The notes beneath the pieces were generated by a model. That model was not told the origin of the DNA. It searched no databases and was given only the letters and a program-made list of their open reading frames with translations. A program made the position numbers and the translations under genes. A DNA stretch of 64,000 nt from Yuukianura sp. NJ FZ-2021 (Eukaryota): assembly GCA_046563655.1 (NCBI GenBank), contig CM102286.1, positions 7,936,001 through 8,000,000 on the forward strand, written 5' to 3'. Shown piece after piece: positions 25,501 to 37,467 of the stretch; position 1 is the stretch's first letter, and the number at the start of each line of letters is the position of its first letter.

Positions 25501-28500
25501 AAATCACTAAACACTTTATTGAAAAATATTTCAATAGGAAAGACCAGGCGAGATTTACAAATTCAAAATTCAGTGGATTCCCCCACCCCAGTCCACGTGA
25601 TGAGGCGAACAAAAAAAGTAGGCGGAGAGAGTTGTTCTTGTGTGTGAAAACTAAAAGTCTAGAGGTGTGTGAGAACAAAATCCATAGACGTGTGAGAGAT
25701 ACAAGTCTTAGAGGTATGTGCAATGCAAGTCTTAGAGGTGTGTGAAATGCAAGTCTTAGAGGTGTGTGCAATGCAAGTCTTAGAGGTGTGTGCAATGCAA
25801 GTCTTAGAGGTGTGTGAAATGCAAGTCTTAGAGGTGTGCGGAAAGTAACACTTTTAGACGTGTGCGAAAGTAGTAGACGTGTGCGAAAGTGGTAGACGTG
25901 TGTGTAACGTGTTAGACGTGTGAAAAGTGTAAAATTTGGTTGTGTGTGTGCATGTTGTTCTTGTGTGTGTTAGGTGCATTTATGAGTCGATTCTCCCCTC
26001 ATACAAAAGTCTTCAAACTTACGTCCACAATTTATCTTTCCTAAGTTACCGAAATTTCAACTGCCTGAGGCAAAGATCGTCTAAACCGCTGGACTCAAAT
26101 TTTTGTCTACCAAGCTCAAATTTTTTTTTAAATTCATGTAAACATGAAACCTAAATTATAATTGTAAAAAAGCACAACTACTGTACAATTAACCATCGTA
26201 AATAAAAACTACCACATAAAGTTACACTAACAGTACTAAAGTCTGACATATCAAACGTATCCTAACATTTGCAAGTCGACGTGCTGGACAAGCTAATAAC
26301 TTTAATTACCAAGGACTAGAGGGTTTCATAAAACTGTCGAGTAGTTGTAAACATCGTCACGGAATGCTCCTGAACAGAGTCATTTGGTGTCGTAATGTCT
26401 TACGGAACTTTTCAATATCGTTAAGCTTAGGAATACTGCAAGGAGAAAGTACTGTCTCGAAGGACTAAGGAAGAGAAAGTAGTAGAGATTTACATTAGGT
26501 AGTGAATAAAAGACGGAAGCCTTAACGACTCAAAGGAAACAATAAAATATGGAACGAAGGCGCACATCCAACTTTGTATTTCCCGGTCGATTCCATGTTC
26601 TTGTTCAAGTCGTTAAGGGGTGGTAAATGTCTAGTTTGAAATTCAGGCGGGATTTAAAGTCTTGGAATAACACTACACTGTCTAGATAACTTTTGGCTTT
26701 TCTTGAACATCTTTTTCAGTTACTCCTTCCAGTAAGCACTACTGCTGCTACTGACGCTGGTGGGATGCAAGCATTTCCCTAGCGGCTACCATTTCCTTTT
26801 CGGGTTAGATCAGAAACTTCTTCCTCCACGAACTTAATCATGCTGGGATAAATTATTCTAGGGGAAGGGCAACACGTAAAAGCAGAGGAAAGACGGGGCG
26901 AGTAAAAGGCGTTTTAATGGAATCTATTACACACATGAAACGCCACTGAACCGCGCCTAACAGTATTTTCCAGCAGCTGCTGCCCATAATACAACCCCCG
27001 CCTTCCGGGAATCTTTCTTCCAAAACAGGGAGTTCCGCCAACGCCGTTCTGCTGAATTTCTACAGAACTTAAACATACGGTAACATAAGCGCTGTTGGGA
27101 GCGTTCAAGCGTCCCAAGGTTACAAGGTTAAAGCAACCAATTCATCTCCTTCACTGCATGTCCTACCACCACACTCCAGCGTTATGCTTCACCTCTTTCA
27201 AAACTTTTAGTAGAAATTATTACCCTAATTTAAAAAAACTGAACTTGTGGATTTCCATGTTAAATCCTCCAGGAGCCATGAATATCTTAAGCCATGCTAG
27301 CAGCCCGCATTAGCAATTTCTAGTGAAGTTTAGGTAATGGCGTAATATCAAATCACCATCACAAACTCATTAGTCAGACTTAGCTTTTCTAAAAACTGGA
27401 CTAAATCTTGAAATTTCCCAGGCTCAAACACATTTACATCAGAGTAATAACCTTAAAAGTTCAAGGTCACGGCGGAACTTACTCTCTTTAATTCGATTCC
27501 GAATTTCTTCACGTTGTTTTGCTCTGCGACAGTATCGGAGAAAACACACGATGGCGTCTGCCACGCCTATCCTTGCCGGCAAATGTCTCTGAAAATACAA
27601 AATTTAGGCATTAAGGTTTTCGTAAACTGTCGCAATTTGTAAATTTGTGCAGTGCACAAGCACACGGTAATTCGTTTTGCGCAATAGGCCTGCACCCATT
27701 TGTTTGCAAAAGACAAGCGTTTATTATCCAGTAAATTTACGTAATTTTATGTACCGTCTCCTCCGACTCTCCTTTAACGGCTCACTTCGAATAGTAGTAG
27801 TACTGTGAACCCATCCGAATCAACGACCGTGACACATCGTTGCCCTCTTAGTACTAACGCGCCCCGAAAATTTACTTTCTTTTTGCAAAATATGAGAATA
27901 GGAATCCATTTAACTTTCACTTTTTCAGCAACAAACGCGCGGAAATAGAAATCGGCGACATATGGATTCTCCAAAACACGACGTTTTCGTGTTTTGAATT
28001 TCAAATTAGTCGATCAAAAATTCATCAGCAGCGTCTTGGACGAAAATAGAGCATTCTAGTCATACTAGTACGTGGATTTTACCATTCCAATTTTAGCGTC
28101 AGACTTCCTTTCCATTTGTATTGTAGTACAAAGGTGAAGGGTACTTACGAGATGAAGTAATCGATGAAAGAGGTTGGGCACGAAGTTGTTGTAGATGTAG
28201 TCCCCAGGAAGGCAGAATGGGAGAACTGTCAATTGTGTCAGAAATTGGGTGTGGACACGCCAACTATACAACGTGAGTCAAGAAAAAAAATGACGTTAAA
28301 TAAAAATTGAATTGATTAAACTGTGAACTTCTTTTTACCTGTTTGACTGACTCAGGCGCTCTTCGCAAAAAATAAGTGCTCCGCCAATTTCAACCAAGCT
28401 TTGAGTCTACAACAAAAGAAAACGGAATTAGAGTTGACTTTCACCAGTCTCACTATAAAATGGCGTCACTTCAACACAAAAGGACTTTCCCTCATCCCAC

Positions 28501-31500
28501 TATTCTCGTATTTCAAAATAAGTGAAAGCCCAACGGACAATGAAAAGCCCCTCTGGCACTTCTGCAATAAATGACAACGACATGAATTGAATCAAGAGAA
28601 CAATAGAATGCAGAACAAGAGCATCCGAAAATTGATCGCTCCGTGGCATCAAAGGCAAGACAAAAGTTGTCGCACCCATACCCACAGATTCTAGAACAAA
28701 AGACTGTCTAGCCCTCGACCTTAGCTCAATCCGCGACTCATTCCCCGCATCCTGAACTTTACGGAACGTTAAATTTGTTAACTTTCCATTAACGTTTAAA
28801 TTAACTTCGGACATAAAATTTACCAATTCTGCTTAATTTTCTTTTACCGCTTGATCCGGCGAAATTATTTTGCCGCTGGTCAGAACTTTCATAATTTTAG
28901 CAACGTGAGCAGCAATTCCTTCGACAACATCCAGCGAGTCGTCAGAGAGAATGTAAACAAATTCTCCATGCAAAAGATGTCCAGCGTTTCCGAGAGTCTC
29001 CATCACCTGTAAAAACAAGTTTCTGTTAACAATGAAAATCATTTTCATTTTTTGTTTAAACTTTCGTAGGATTTGAAGTCGCTAATCTCTAAAGCATTTG
29101 GAAGATTTTGAACAAAACTATTGTCGACGCTGTGAATTGAATTCAATTTGTGAATTGAAAATTGAACACACCGCGTGATGTGTATAATTTTCATTCCCAA
29201 TTGACTAATCCATTTAGTGGACGCCACCCACTTGACATTCTTTGTGTACCATAGAAAGCCTAACGTGTCTAATGAATTACCGGCCAGAAGTTGTTGGACA
29301 TGGCAGCTCTGACATTCTCATTGGGATCATGAATCAAGTCACCGATAAGCGGCTGGAGTCCGATTTTGAAATCTACCAAAGGCTTAGCAAACTTGAAAAA
29401 GTTGAGGAACTCCTTGGCAGTGTTTCTTCGAATTTCCCAGCCACCCTCCGCCAACGCTTTCTTGTTACTAGCAGTGTGAGTCACGCCTGAGCTCACCATG
29501 GATTCAACCTGTTCAAAAAAAATTATAAAGTCAGAACGTTTTCTGTTATCAGTTGACATTTCACGGCAAATTTGAAAGTTCGCGGTGCACAAACCAGAGA
29601 ATGTCGACGATTATAACCCATGTTTGCTCGAAAGTTGATGAAACCAGTTGGAAGCTGTGAGGAAGGAATTAAAAACTCACGAACTTATGGAAAATTAAGT
29701 ACGAATTGAAAACTTTAATTAATTCGATCGGCTCATGGTTACATTTTCATCATTCGCGTTAGCGTTCGTAGCAAGGCCAATTCGAGAAAGGTGAATGAAA
29801 GCGTCCAAAAACCACAGTTTGGTGTCTCCCGTCAACGACCCCGCCTCTAACCAAACAAAATTCAAAATACAATAAACTTACAATACAATTTACAATATTT
29901 AAATTAAGTTACCCGTCAACGTTTTTGCCATTTCTCCGATGAAGGAGGAGAAAACGAGAAGAATTTCGATATTCCCTTGGACATAGGCTTCCTTGATTGT
30001 TCTTTTTAGAAGACTCAGGATAAGTTCATGGAGGGGCTTCATGTCAGGATACTTGTAAATTCCTCCGATCGTAATGATGAGAGACTTTTTCACAAAGGGG
30101 TCGTTATCCTTGTAAATTTTGTTAATGTGATTGATGAGTTGATCTTTGGACGCCATATTATGATAAATTGTCCCCAGTTGCTGACACATTGTTCCTCTGA
30201 CAAGGGCCACAGGGTCTTCCAGAAGAGAACTAATGACTGGTGTAAGGGATTTTCTAAATAGAAAACCAAAAATTACATTCTGCGTAGCATTTAAAGAAAC
30301 TCATGATGGAATTTTGTTTTACGCAAGCGGAGGTGATCGGACTATCATTTGTCGAATCATTACGGTAACGTATCTTCGGACATGTGGAAAAGTTGATTTA
30401 GCCTTTGCTGTAACTTGGGATAAGAACTGAAAAGATTTTAATTCAAAAAGATATTTTTAAATTGCTTCCAGTTGTCAAAAATATGTGCTAAAAACCCCGA
30501 ATAATTTTTGACACCCCTCATAACAAATTCGGCTATTTTGGAAAAAAAACGCATTGAATCACTCACTTCTCTTTCCAGCTCCTTCGGTGCAATTTCATTA
30601 ATTAAATCCAGAATCGACGTACTCCAAATCTCGCAAACGCCTAAAATGAAAAAAGTTAGCTAAAAAATATCAAAATATTGGAACTGGGAAGCTGTAAAAG
30701 TAAAACCAAGGCTTACTTTGTGATTTTGACTCCATGCAGCGGAACATTATCTGAAGAATAGAAGATGCTTTTCCAGTATTTTTTGAGTTAAGAAGCTTGT
30801 AAGCCGCTGCAAACGCTCGTGCTGCTGCGGAGTGCAAGTCTTCGAATCCTGCACTGTCTTGTTTCAGTTCCTATTACATTAATGAAGTGTAAAATTCGCC
30901 TATTTTGAATAGTTTTAAGAATTTTAATAAAATGTTTTCGAACAATTTTTTTTAACCTTTTCCAGTCCGGGTAAGATTTCACCAAAGTACTTCTCCAAAT
31001 CTTTCTGAATGAGCAGCGTAGTTACATTAGCCACATAAATCTTCTCCGAAACTTGGTCGCTCCTGTAATTGAATGAGACGTTTTTAATTGAAGTGTCCAC
31101 GCAACCGTTTTCCACCTTTTCAAAATTTTGAAACTACTTCAAACAAAGTGCTGCCCGTTGAAACGGATCCAACGATTCATTTTTACTGTGCAGCTGAATG
31201 TCCTTGGCCTGCATAAAAAATAAGTCAAAATTAATCAAGATTAGAAATAAAATAAATTAGTACAGCAGATTTTTATGAGATTTTCTTACCCTGGCATCGG
31301 TTTTTATTGGTTGGTCGATAGCATACATGGCAATTTCCTTGGGCATGTTAGTTATACTAGTCCAAGTCGTAGAAGGATGGCGCTTCATAACGGACATACT
31401 AGAACAGAAAGCACGAATGTAGACACTTTGTAGTTTGTTTGGTGATTTGATTACAATTTGTCGATTTCTGCTCTCGGCATTTCAGGAACATATTTCAAAA

Positions 31501-31680
31501 ATAGTTTAAAATGCTAACATTTAGTACGGTAACTGTATAAAGGTCACCGAACCTGGAATGCACATGCAATTGAGCCGACGGTGACTGATCTTTAGAGCAG
31601 CATTCAACAGCTTCACCGAACTTCGGAGCCGGAACTGGAGGAGTTGCCTTTTTCGGGTTATTGTTCACCGCCTTCGCCAT
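16577..31680 (-). CDS. PPP4R4: Protein phosphatase 4 regulatory subunit 4-like HEAT-repeat protein; multi-exon, spanning two large transposon insertions
   Basis: Exons with blocks resembling PPP4R4 as recalled: SLLEDPVALVRGTMCQQL, LIHDPNENVRAAM, LLHGEFVYILSDDSLDVVE, SWRVHTQFL, CFLRYCRRAKQREEI (27588-27483), FAKGKSVQDRMLFL..FSRKYFREHFF (~23806-23680), DDAVANVRMK..ETDRDVL (~23535-23318). It continues in phase 0 at 17166 (PKTKADAEDEAKEKEE) and through two more exons to TGA at 16577-16579. First-exon ATG at 31680 is inferred. Confidence 0.8.
18966..19368 (+). repeat. 21-bp tandem arrays in the left TIR (CTCTGCATAATACAATGGCGT-type ~18966-19090; TAATACCATGGTCACGTTGTA-type ~19257-19345), mirrored at ~22005-22410
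   Basis: Direct reading; both arrays share the core ATAATAC(A/C)AT. Confidence 0.9.
19437..19472 (+). promoter_or_regulatory. TATA box (TATAAATA 19437-19444) plus arthropod initiator (TCAGTT 19467-19472) upstream of ORF1
   Basis: TATA starts 32 nt before the Inr A (19469), about canonical spacing; first downstream ATG is at 19539. Confidence 0.7.
19539..20933 (+). CDS. Element ORF1, 464 aa: putative Maverick virion/core-type protein with long acidic tract and C-terminal QHGG-FLPALL hydrophobic segment
   Basis: Intronless open frame from ATG 19539 (MAQKYILV); ~45-aa E/D tract; basic C-domain ending KKKLLIQHGGFLPALLAAALPILG, reminiscent of adenovirus pX (GG-ILPLL) and of small Maverick ORFs as recalled; AATAAA at 20982-20987. 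Confidence 0.75.
   Translation: MAQKYILVHEDDYNSLLDQLETYESQQNSPCKSYFGEKQIHDGFLPDTKPVQYLQQHTMNMPQSREPKELYERNSRDSGNHIPIELQNHMMQTELRQNWENQRKQREGYVNVNVVSDRRLNDIATNHFTGWDGGREKSARKTEDRYDRITPWSENPTNDWSNIVVKPNDALEMPFSKRFKKESQIAKDETPTAAPTTPPFTLDQFSAVGKQLAQFFVANGATFASNSVSLGDANIPRSEFEEGIRKLADGRYKLTRQMIPVIVDFMIQTGIPKYLLPISHRGLLVRDEPKKLSRNRPHVESDVENEEEEDDEEDEGDEEGEEVEEEIEEEEENEEDEGDEEGEEEYRQTGGAKPSPGPIRHYQFLHQMNQHSPIIRETLLSTASPGQILGLHKCVQDVIQGNIPIEATVKNILRPHRYKIKRVAEAKGSIEDKKKLLIQHGGFLPALLAAALPILGEFLTSVIS
21032..21847 (-). CDS. Element ORF2, 271 aa: A32/FtsK-HerA packaging ATPase with N-terminal C2H2 zinc finger
   Basis: Walker A GMTQSGKS, Walker B VVVLDD, FTRTSHHRNVSLIILVQN and YGYLFIDL..R.R.NIFP motifs typical of Polinton ATPases; N-terminal CDICRRQFSRRDAMKRHKLTCH; minus-strand AATAAA at 21023-21028. 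Confidence 0.9.
   Translation of the reverse strand: METSTACDICRRQFSRRDAMKRHKLTCHSSVAVSKMLQVCMNQREKSTMFRHVHSGKKFDPHLVAPFTMCISGMTQSGKSTLVKQILLRRNEIIETNIDEPLERIMYCYTEFQPTLFGELKTKIPTIQFHRGLPEKWHDGTDKPSVVVLDDLMHEAGKNGEVGAAFTRTSHHRNVSLIILVQNFFHRNMKEITSNCHYIALMKNPRDSQFVACLGRQMNGGKKNTTMEEAYKECMSKQYGYLFIDLTQRQNDLFRIRDNIFPENCRIYANE
21864..23210 (-). repeat. Right terminal inverted repeat (1,347 bp)
   Basis: Mirror of 18177-19508; the same spurious ORF translations appear on opposite strands in the ORF track. Confidence 0.95.
21900..21935 (-). promoter_or_regulatory. Identical TATA+Inr promoter in the right TIR upstream of the ATPase gene
   Basis: Plus strand reads TATTTATA at 21928-21935 and AACTGA at 21900-21905; ATG at 21847. 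Confidence 0.7.
24250..26003. mobile_element. Non-autonomous TIR element, IS3EU-like (TAT..ATA ends, 6-bp TSD), ~410-bp TIRs with 24-bp tandem repeats
   Basis: CAAAAG|TATGAGGGGAG...CTCCCCTCATA|CAAAAG (TSD 24244-24249 and 26004-26009); arrays of CACACCTCTAAGACTTGCATTGCA; lies in a PPP4R4 intron. An alternative parse (4-bp AAAA TSD) is possible. Confidence 0.8.
24901..25124. mobile_element. Tc1/mariner-type MITE nested in the IS3EU-like element
   Basis: TA|CAGAGTAACCCCTAAGTTAGCAAA ... TTTGCTAACTCAGGGGTAACTCTG|TA. Confidence 0.75.
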
Positions 31681-32313
31681 AGTCAAAGCTTACAGTTTGG
31701 CAAATTCAACTGATTTTCTATCCCTAGCCTCCCAACACTCCGAAAATTTAGGGCATTTTGTCACAAAAACTTTAAGATTATACAGCAACACAGTCCAGTC
31801 GACCAAGCGAAAAAATATTTACATGTACTTTAATTTAGAAAACAACATTGTTTATTTAGGTCTTTCTAGTAATAAGGGTGATACGCTGTCAGTGGCAACA
31901 TTATAATTTACCCCGAAAGCTACTTATAAAGTTTACATAACACAATAAATTGTTTTTACAAGAGGACTTGATTATAATAACTATTTCAGTAATACTAGTA
32001 TTAATTAATTATTAATAGTATTACTCAATCCCTCCGTTAAACCATACATTATATTTAGCCAACGGAACAAATAATAGAAATTATTATTATTCATAATAAA
32101 ATGAAAGGAAAACAGCATATTTTAGTTCTGAATTTTTGCTCAGACACACAAATCAATAGATTTGAATGGGGAATAAGTTACACCATTTCCTCAAAAATAT
32201 GAAAATCGGCTGAAATCATGTCGCATCGGGGGTCGAGCTTATGTCGACATTGCCTAACACGCTAATTTATTATAAAATAATGTTTTAGTAGTTGTGTGTG
32301 CTTAGTTCATTAC

Positions 32314-32359
32314 ACATAACCTCTTACGCCATTTATGCAAATGGCGTAAGAGGTTATGT
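32314..32359. repeat. Perfect hairpin with 21-bp arms downstream of THAP gene A
   Basis: ACATAACCTCTTACGCCATTT-atgc-AAATGGCGTAAGAGGTTATGT. Confidence 0.9.
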
Positions 32360-32581
32360 CATAATTCCGATTTTCCAAAATAAACAAGAAAAACCTAACT
32401 TTTGGACGAATTTTGTCTCACCAAAAATATTGGTTTTTTCTTGTTACACATAGAATGATTTCAACCACAGCTAACTTTAGAAACAAGATAAAAGAAAAAG
32501 AGAAATGATTCTAAAACATTGATCTTCAGTGTTGCTACTTACAAACAGATACTTAGCAGAGACGATGATTTTGAAGAAAAT

Positions 32582-35500
32582 CTACAGAGAAAGAAATGTA
32601 ATTTCCTCGGAAGGTCCACTCTCCCCGGCTTTTTGTAGAGTGACATTTATCCCGGGCAGGGTGGCCGATCCAAGGCTAATGGCAGGGAGGACTTGTGTAG
32701 TCTCTATGGTCTGATGTCCAATCTGGCCATCTGAACCTTGAGCTAAAACAAAGGTTGGAGTCAGAATAGAGGGTTGATACAATGGTCCAACAGTAGTAAT
32801 AATATTGGTGGAAGCTTGAGTCTGTTGTTGAAGAGGATGTCGCACGTCGGCACTGCTGCCGTCAGCGGCTACTGGGTACACAGGCGTCGGAGTAACAATG
32901 ATGGGCGTTTGAATTCGGGTAGGCCTCGTCAAAGTGAACGTTGTCGTGGTGTTGGAGGGGTTGAAAGCCCTTGGTCTTACAATTCTGGGTAGGTTGTAAG
33001 TGGGTGCATGAGCGAGCTTACCTGGGCTAACGACTGCTGACTTCGCTGCCACAGGTTGTGATGAATTCACAGTTGCAGTTGGAGTGCCAGTGACGTATAC
33101 AGTTTTCCCTTTGACCTTCATTCCAGCTTCCAGCATTTTGATCTTATCTTGAAGTCTCGACTCCCGCTTCTCCACCATGGACAACTCATACTTCAACTTC
33201 GTCTTTTCTCTCAGGTGATCTTGTATTTGTAGTTGGAGATGTACTGGATCATCCTTCGGCAAACTCCGGATTTGTTGGACCACGTTTGGATCGGTGGAAT
33301 TAAGAGACAGGCCGCTTTTTCTTGCCATAAGTGCTTGCTTTAAAGCTATGCACGGCCGACATTTGTTGTTGTTCAAGTTAAGTCCCTCACAATTCTTGGC
33401 AAACCAAATGCATTCAATTTTTCTTCCAACGGGGGATGGCTCCATACTGTCAAACTGTGACCAGCCTTCGCACACTTTGAACGCCGACAAATCCAAAATC
33501 ATCTCCTGCAGTTTGTATAACGAGTCCACCTTATTTCCAGTTTCGTTGAACATTTGCGTGAAATCAGACCCATTTGCTTCAACCTTGAATGTCAAATCTT
33601 GACGAATCTGCAATAAAAACAAACAAAACTAATTCAAAATCTCCACCGTGAAGTTAATTTTCCATTGTACACGAAAATCCAATACCTTTATACTGCGTCG
33701 AACCATCAGGCGTTCTAGTCGTGACACAATTTCCGCAATAAAAATACATCTTGTCTTCAATTCCTTGTCGACAATCATTCGGAACATCCAGAATTCGGCT
33801 TGCGGTAGTTGGATTCTCTCTCTGGTATCGTATATGTACTGCAAGTTGTACCCGGCGTCAGTGATCTCAAGGATTTTCCCAGTCGGTCTCGGTTTAACAA
33901 CAGAAGCAGGACCGGGTTTTCTGACAGGCGCAGGCTTCTTGGAGTCCGTAGAGGGCATTTCATCATCATCATCATCAATTGTAACCGTAATGGGAGAGTA
34001 ATCTGGATCAGAATCGTATTCAATCTCATACCCATCCACAACTTCTACACGGCTTTTGGGTCCTAACGGCTTTCTACCTTTAGATGGTGCTGCACGACCT
34101 TTTCCAGTCATTACCCCCATTGTAAATGCTTGTTTCGGATAATTAGCGAAAATTGATGGAATGGCGTCTCCTGTTAGGATCTTGCCTTTAGGTGTATTCA
34201 TGATAAACTTTTTATCCTACGAATCAGAAACAAGCACTTGATTAGGATTACACTTTTCAGCATAATAATAAAAAAAAAATGATTATGCGGCTTACAAAGT
34301 GATCTTCGCACAGCAAGTGAACTCTGGGGTCGAATGGTGTTTTACTGAGGGCGGCTGCTGGAATATATCTCATCCAATCCTTGAGTTTGGCTTTAGTCAT
34401 CTGCGGCATTTTGAACAAAGTTGCGTTAGGATTATGATCACAGTACTCGATGAAGCAAGACTTCTCTCCTCTCTGACCGCCAAGCCCCGGAGCGATTCTG
34501 ACTGCCGCATAGCCTGCTGGGAGTTTAACCTTGATTGGCACAGCCCTACTTGGAGTTACTGATCCCCCTCGCTTTCGTCCCCTTGTTGACGTTGAACCTC
34601 GAGGACGACCACGTTTTCCGCCTCTGCTTGGTCGTCGGCGACTATTGGATGGAGATGGCGGAGAATCAGCTGGAGGGCCAGCATCCAGGTAGTCTTCGTC
34701 AGCTTCATCACCACTGCCCGATGTCATAGATTCCCGTAGTCTAGAAGGAGGAATGATCTCCCGCTTCAAATGAGCTGGTCGTCCTCCAGATGGTGTTTTT
34801 CTGCCGAACTGATCTCCATCATCGGGTAGAATGGTCTCTGGTTCTAATTCCTTCAGCTTCTTATTAGGGCTGCAAGAAATAAAAGCGTGTCAGCGTGGGA
34901 ACGTGAAGGTGTAGTTGAATAAATAAAAAAAAGTTATTTCGTATTAGTTAGGTTAGAGACATCCTACAAATGAAACAATGAAAATAGGCAAAAAAAAGAA
35001 CAAACAAACTCACCCAGGTTTAGGTGGTGAAGATTTTCGTTTAGTTCCAGAAGTGTCAGCTTCGGTATTGTTATCATCGTTCGTCCCATTTAGTGAGTCA
35101 AAGCGAATCAAATCATCAAATGTTTGTGACCTATAATTAGAAAAATTATTAGTGTGGAATTACTTACATTGTCAATTACTTTTAAGGGAAACAATGAAAC
35201 ATAACCTAGGGTAATACGATGTGGTAATTGGTAAACGAAAACTGAAAGCATTATACTGATACACTTATAATTTGGCTATGCACGTTCTATACACTCTAGT
35301 CTCAAACAAATCAGTATCTATCAAGAAACAATTTTAGAACAGGTAAATACTATAAAGTCTGTATAGTACTTACTGGTACTCGTTAGTGTTAGGCTCGGAA
35401 TCATCAGCAGCACTGATGCTTGATTCCACAGATGCGACTGAAACTGGGTTAACATTTTCAGAGTCCATAACAGAATCTCTTGTGCCAGCATCGGTTTCCG

Positions 35501-35864
35501 GAAATAAAGTAGGAACTGCATCACTTGTTAGTTCCCAAGGATCGATAGGAAAAACTTCACGTTCGCCAACGATGAAAATCACCTCCTCTTTCAAAATGTA
35601 TTTGTCCTCGAAGTGCTTGATACATACTCCCTCCTGAGAATATAAAAGAAACGTTAAACGGTTTGTCATATTAAACTAAGGTGAGTGTACACCGTAATTA
35701 GTAGTAAGCCAGTTTACCGATCTTGGATTAAACGGCGTGTCACGCCGTGGAAGATACTTCATCCATTTGTAAACATCAGTACTCGGCGCCTTGAATATAA
35801 GACGATTCTTCTCCCCAGCCTCTTCAGCTGTTATGTCACAGTGTGGTACGTAGCAATTTGACAT
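32582..35864 (-). CDS. THAP-domain protein A (two THAP-like C2CH domains); exons 35864-35718, 35633-35374, 35130-35014, 34869-34296, 34216-33686, 33607-32582
   Basis: Domain 1: CYVPHC...W..VCIKHF...DAVPTLF. Domain 2: CFIEYC...W..LLCEDHF...DAIPSIF. GRP (AT-hook-like) motif between them. All junctions GT-AG and in phase. Confidence 0.85.
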
Positions 35865-36274
35865 GATAATTCAATCACTTCAAGAAAGTGACCCCTTTAA
35901 TTTACCGTGTTGACGAGTTTTGACCGAAACCCAGATTCACTGCAGCCTCCACTATAGAAGGAGATTAAAACGAAGTAACGATGATTAATTTATTTCAAAA
36001 TCTAATAGCAAGTTACTTACATGTGATTTATAGGGTACGAAGAAAGCTCCAAAAAACTCCTTAGTTCGCTGTGACACAATAATCGATTGTAAATTCAAAT
36101 TGAACAAATTGAAAATTGAATTATTCAATGTTTATAATCGGAAACAGGGTTCGCACACACCGTTCGAACTTCGAAGTGTTCCTTCCTGTTAAAAAAAAAC
36201 GTTCAGAATATGCCCGTCTGTCTGCCGAACGAAATCCCCGAATACTATTTTTATGTTACAAAAAGCAGACTCTC

Positions 36275-36537
36275 TATGGAGGGATATTAGTAGCAAAACT
36301 CTTTACGCGTTTCCCGCTAATTAAAGTTTCGCCAATTCCAAAACTTAATCTTCGCCAATTTATTTAACTTTTCGCCGATTAAAGTTTCCCCAATTAACTT
36401 TTCGCCGATTAAAGTTTCCCCAATTAAAATTAACATTTCGCCAGTTAAATAAATTGGCGAAAATTAACTTTTGGAATTGGCGAAACTTTAATTGGTGGGG
36501 AAACGTAAAATAGTTTTGCTACTAATATCCCTCCATA
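36275..36537. mobile_element. IS3EU-like MITE (TAT..ATA ends, 6-bp TSD ACTCTC)
   Basis: ACTCTC|TATGGAGGGATATTAGTAGCAAAACT...AGTTTTGCTACTAATATCCCTCCATA|ACTCTC; the paralogous promoter at ~46621-46650 lacks the insertion. Confidence 0.85.
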
Positions 36538-37467
36538 ACTCTCCTCCATCCTCCGCTGATATTCGCGTATCTCTCACTCTCGCGCTTCGACCAGAAAAAT
36601 GCCACGTCGCAGAGGGTTCCCGGTTCTCTCGCACGGACTTTTTTTGAACCGTATTTCACCTCACGATAAAACTTGTAGGTACCACAAATTCATCAAAATT
36701 AATCAAGAATTTTAACCAAACTCATCTGAACAAATTGTTTTTATTGATTTTGAAAATTAATACTTACACATTAGTATTAGATCTAAGGAAAATGGCATGT
36801 TTTAGTTCTAAATTTCTCAGAAAGACAAATCAATTAGCGTTGAATGGGGAATAAATTACATCATGCCCTCAAAAATATGAAAATCGGGCGAAATCATGGG
36901 GAATCGGGTGTCTAGCTGTTGACATTGCCCAACACGCTAACTTATTAATAATGTTTTACTAGTTGTGTGTTTAGTTCATAATACATAGAATGCTTTCAAC
37001 CAAAGCTAACTTTAGAAACAAGATAAAAGAAAAAGAGAAATGATTCTGAAACATTGATCTGCTACTTACAAAGAGATACTTAGCAGAAACGATGAAACGA
37101 TGATTTTGAAGAAAATTTACAGCGAAAGAAGTGTAATTTCCTCGGAAGGTCCACTCTCCACGGTTTTTTGTAGCGTGACATTTACCCTGGGAAGGGTGGC
37201 CGATCCAAGGCTATGGCATTATGGCAAGGAGGACTTGCGTAGGATCGGTAGAATTAAGAGACAAGCCGCTCTTTTCCATAAGTGCTTGCTTTAAAGCTAT
37301 GCACCGCCGACATTTGTTGTTGTCAATGATAAGTCCCTCGCAATCCTTAGCAAACCAAATGCCCTCAATTTTTCTTCCAATGGGGCATGGCTCCACACTG
37401 TCAAACTGTGACCAGCCTTCGCACACAGTGAACGCCGACAATTCCAAAATAATCTCCTGCAGTTTGT

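Noticed and set aside
24458..25795. LHTPLRLA-repeat ORFs
   Set aside because: Translations of the 24-bp TIR array on both arms.
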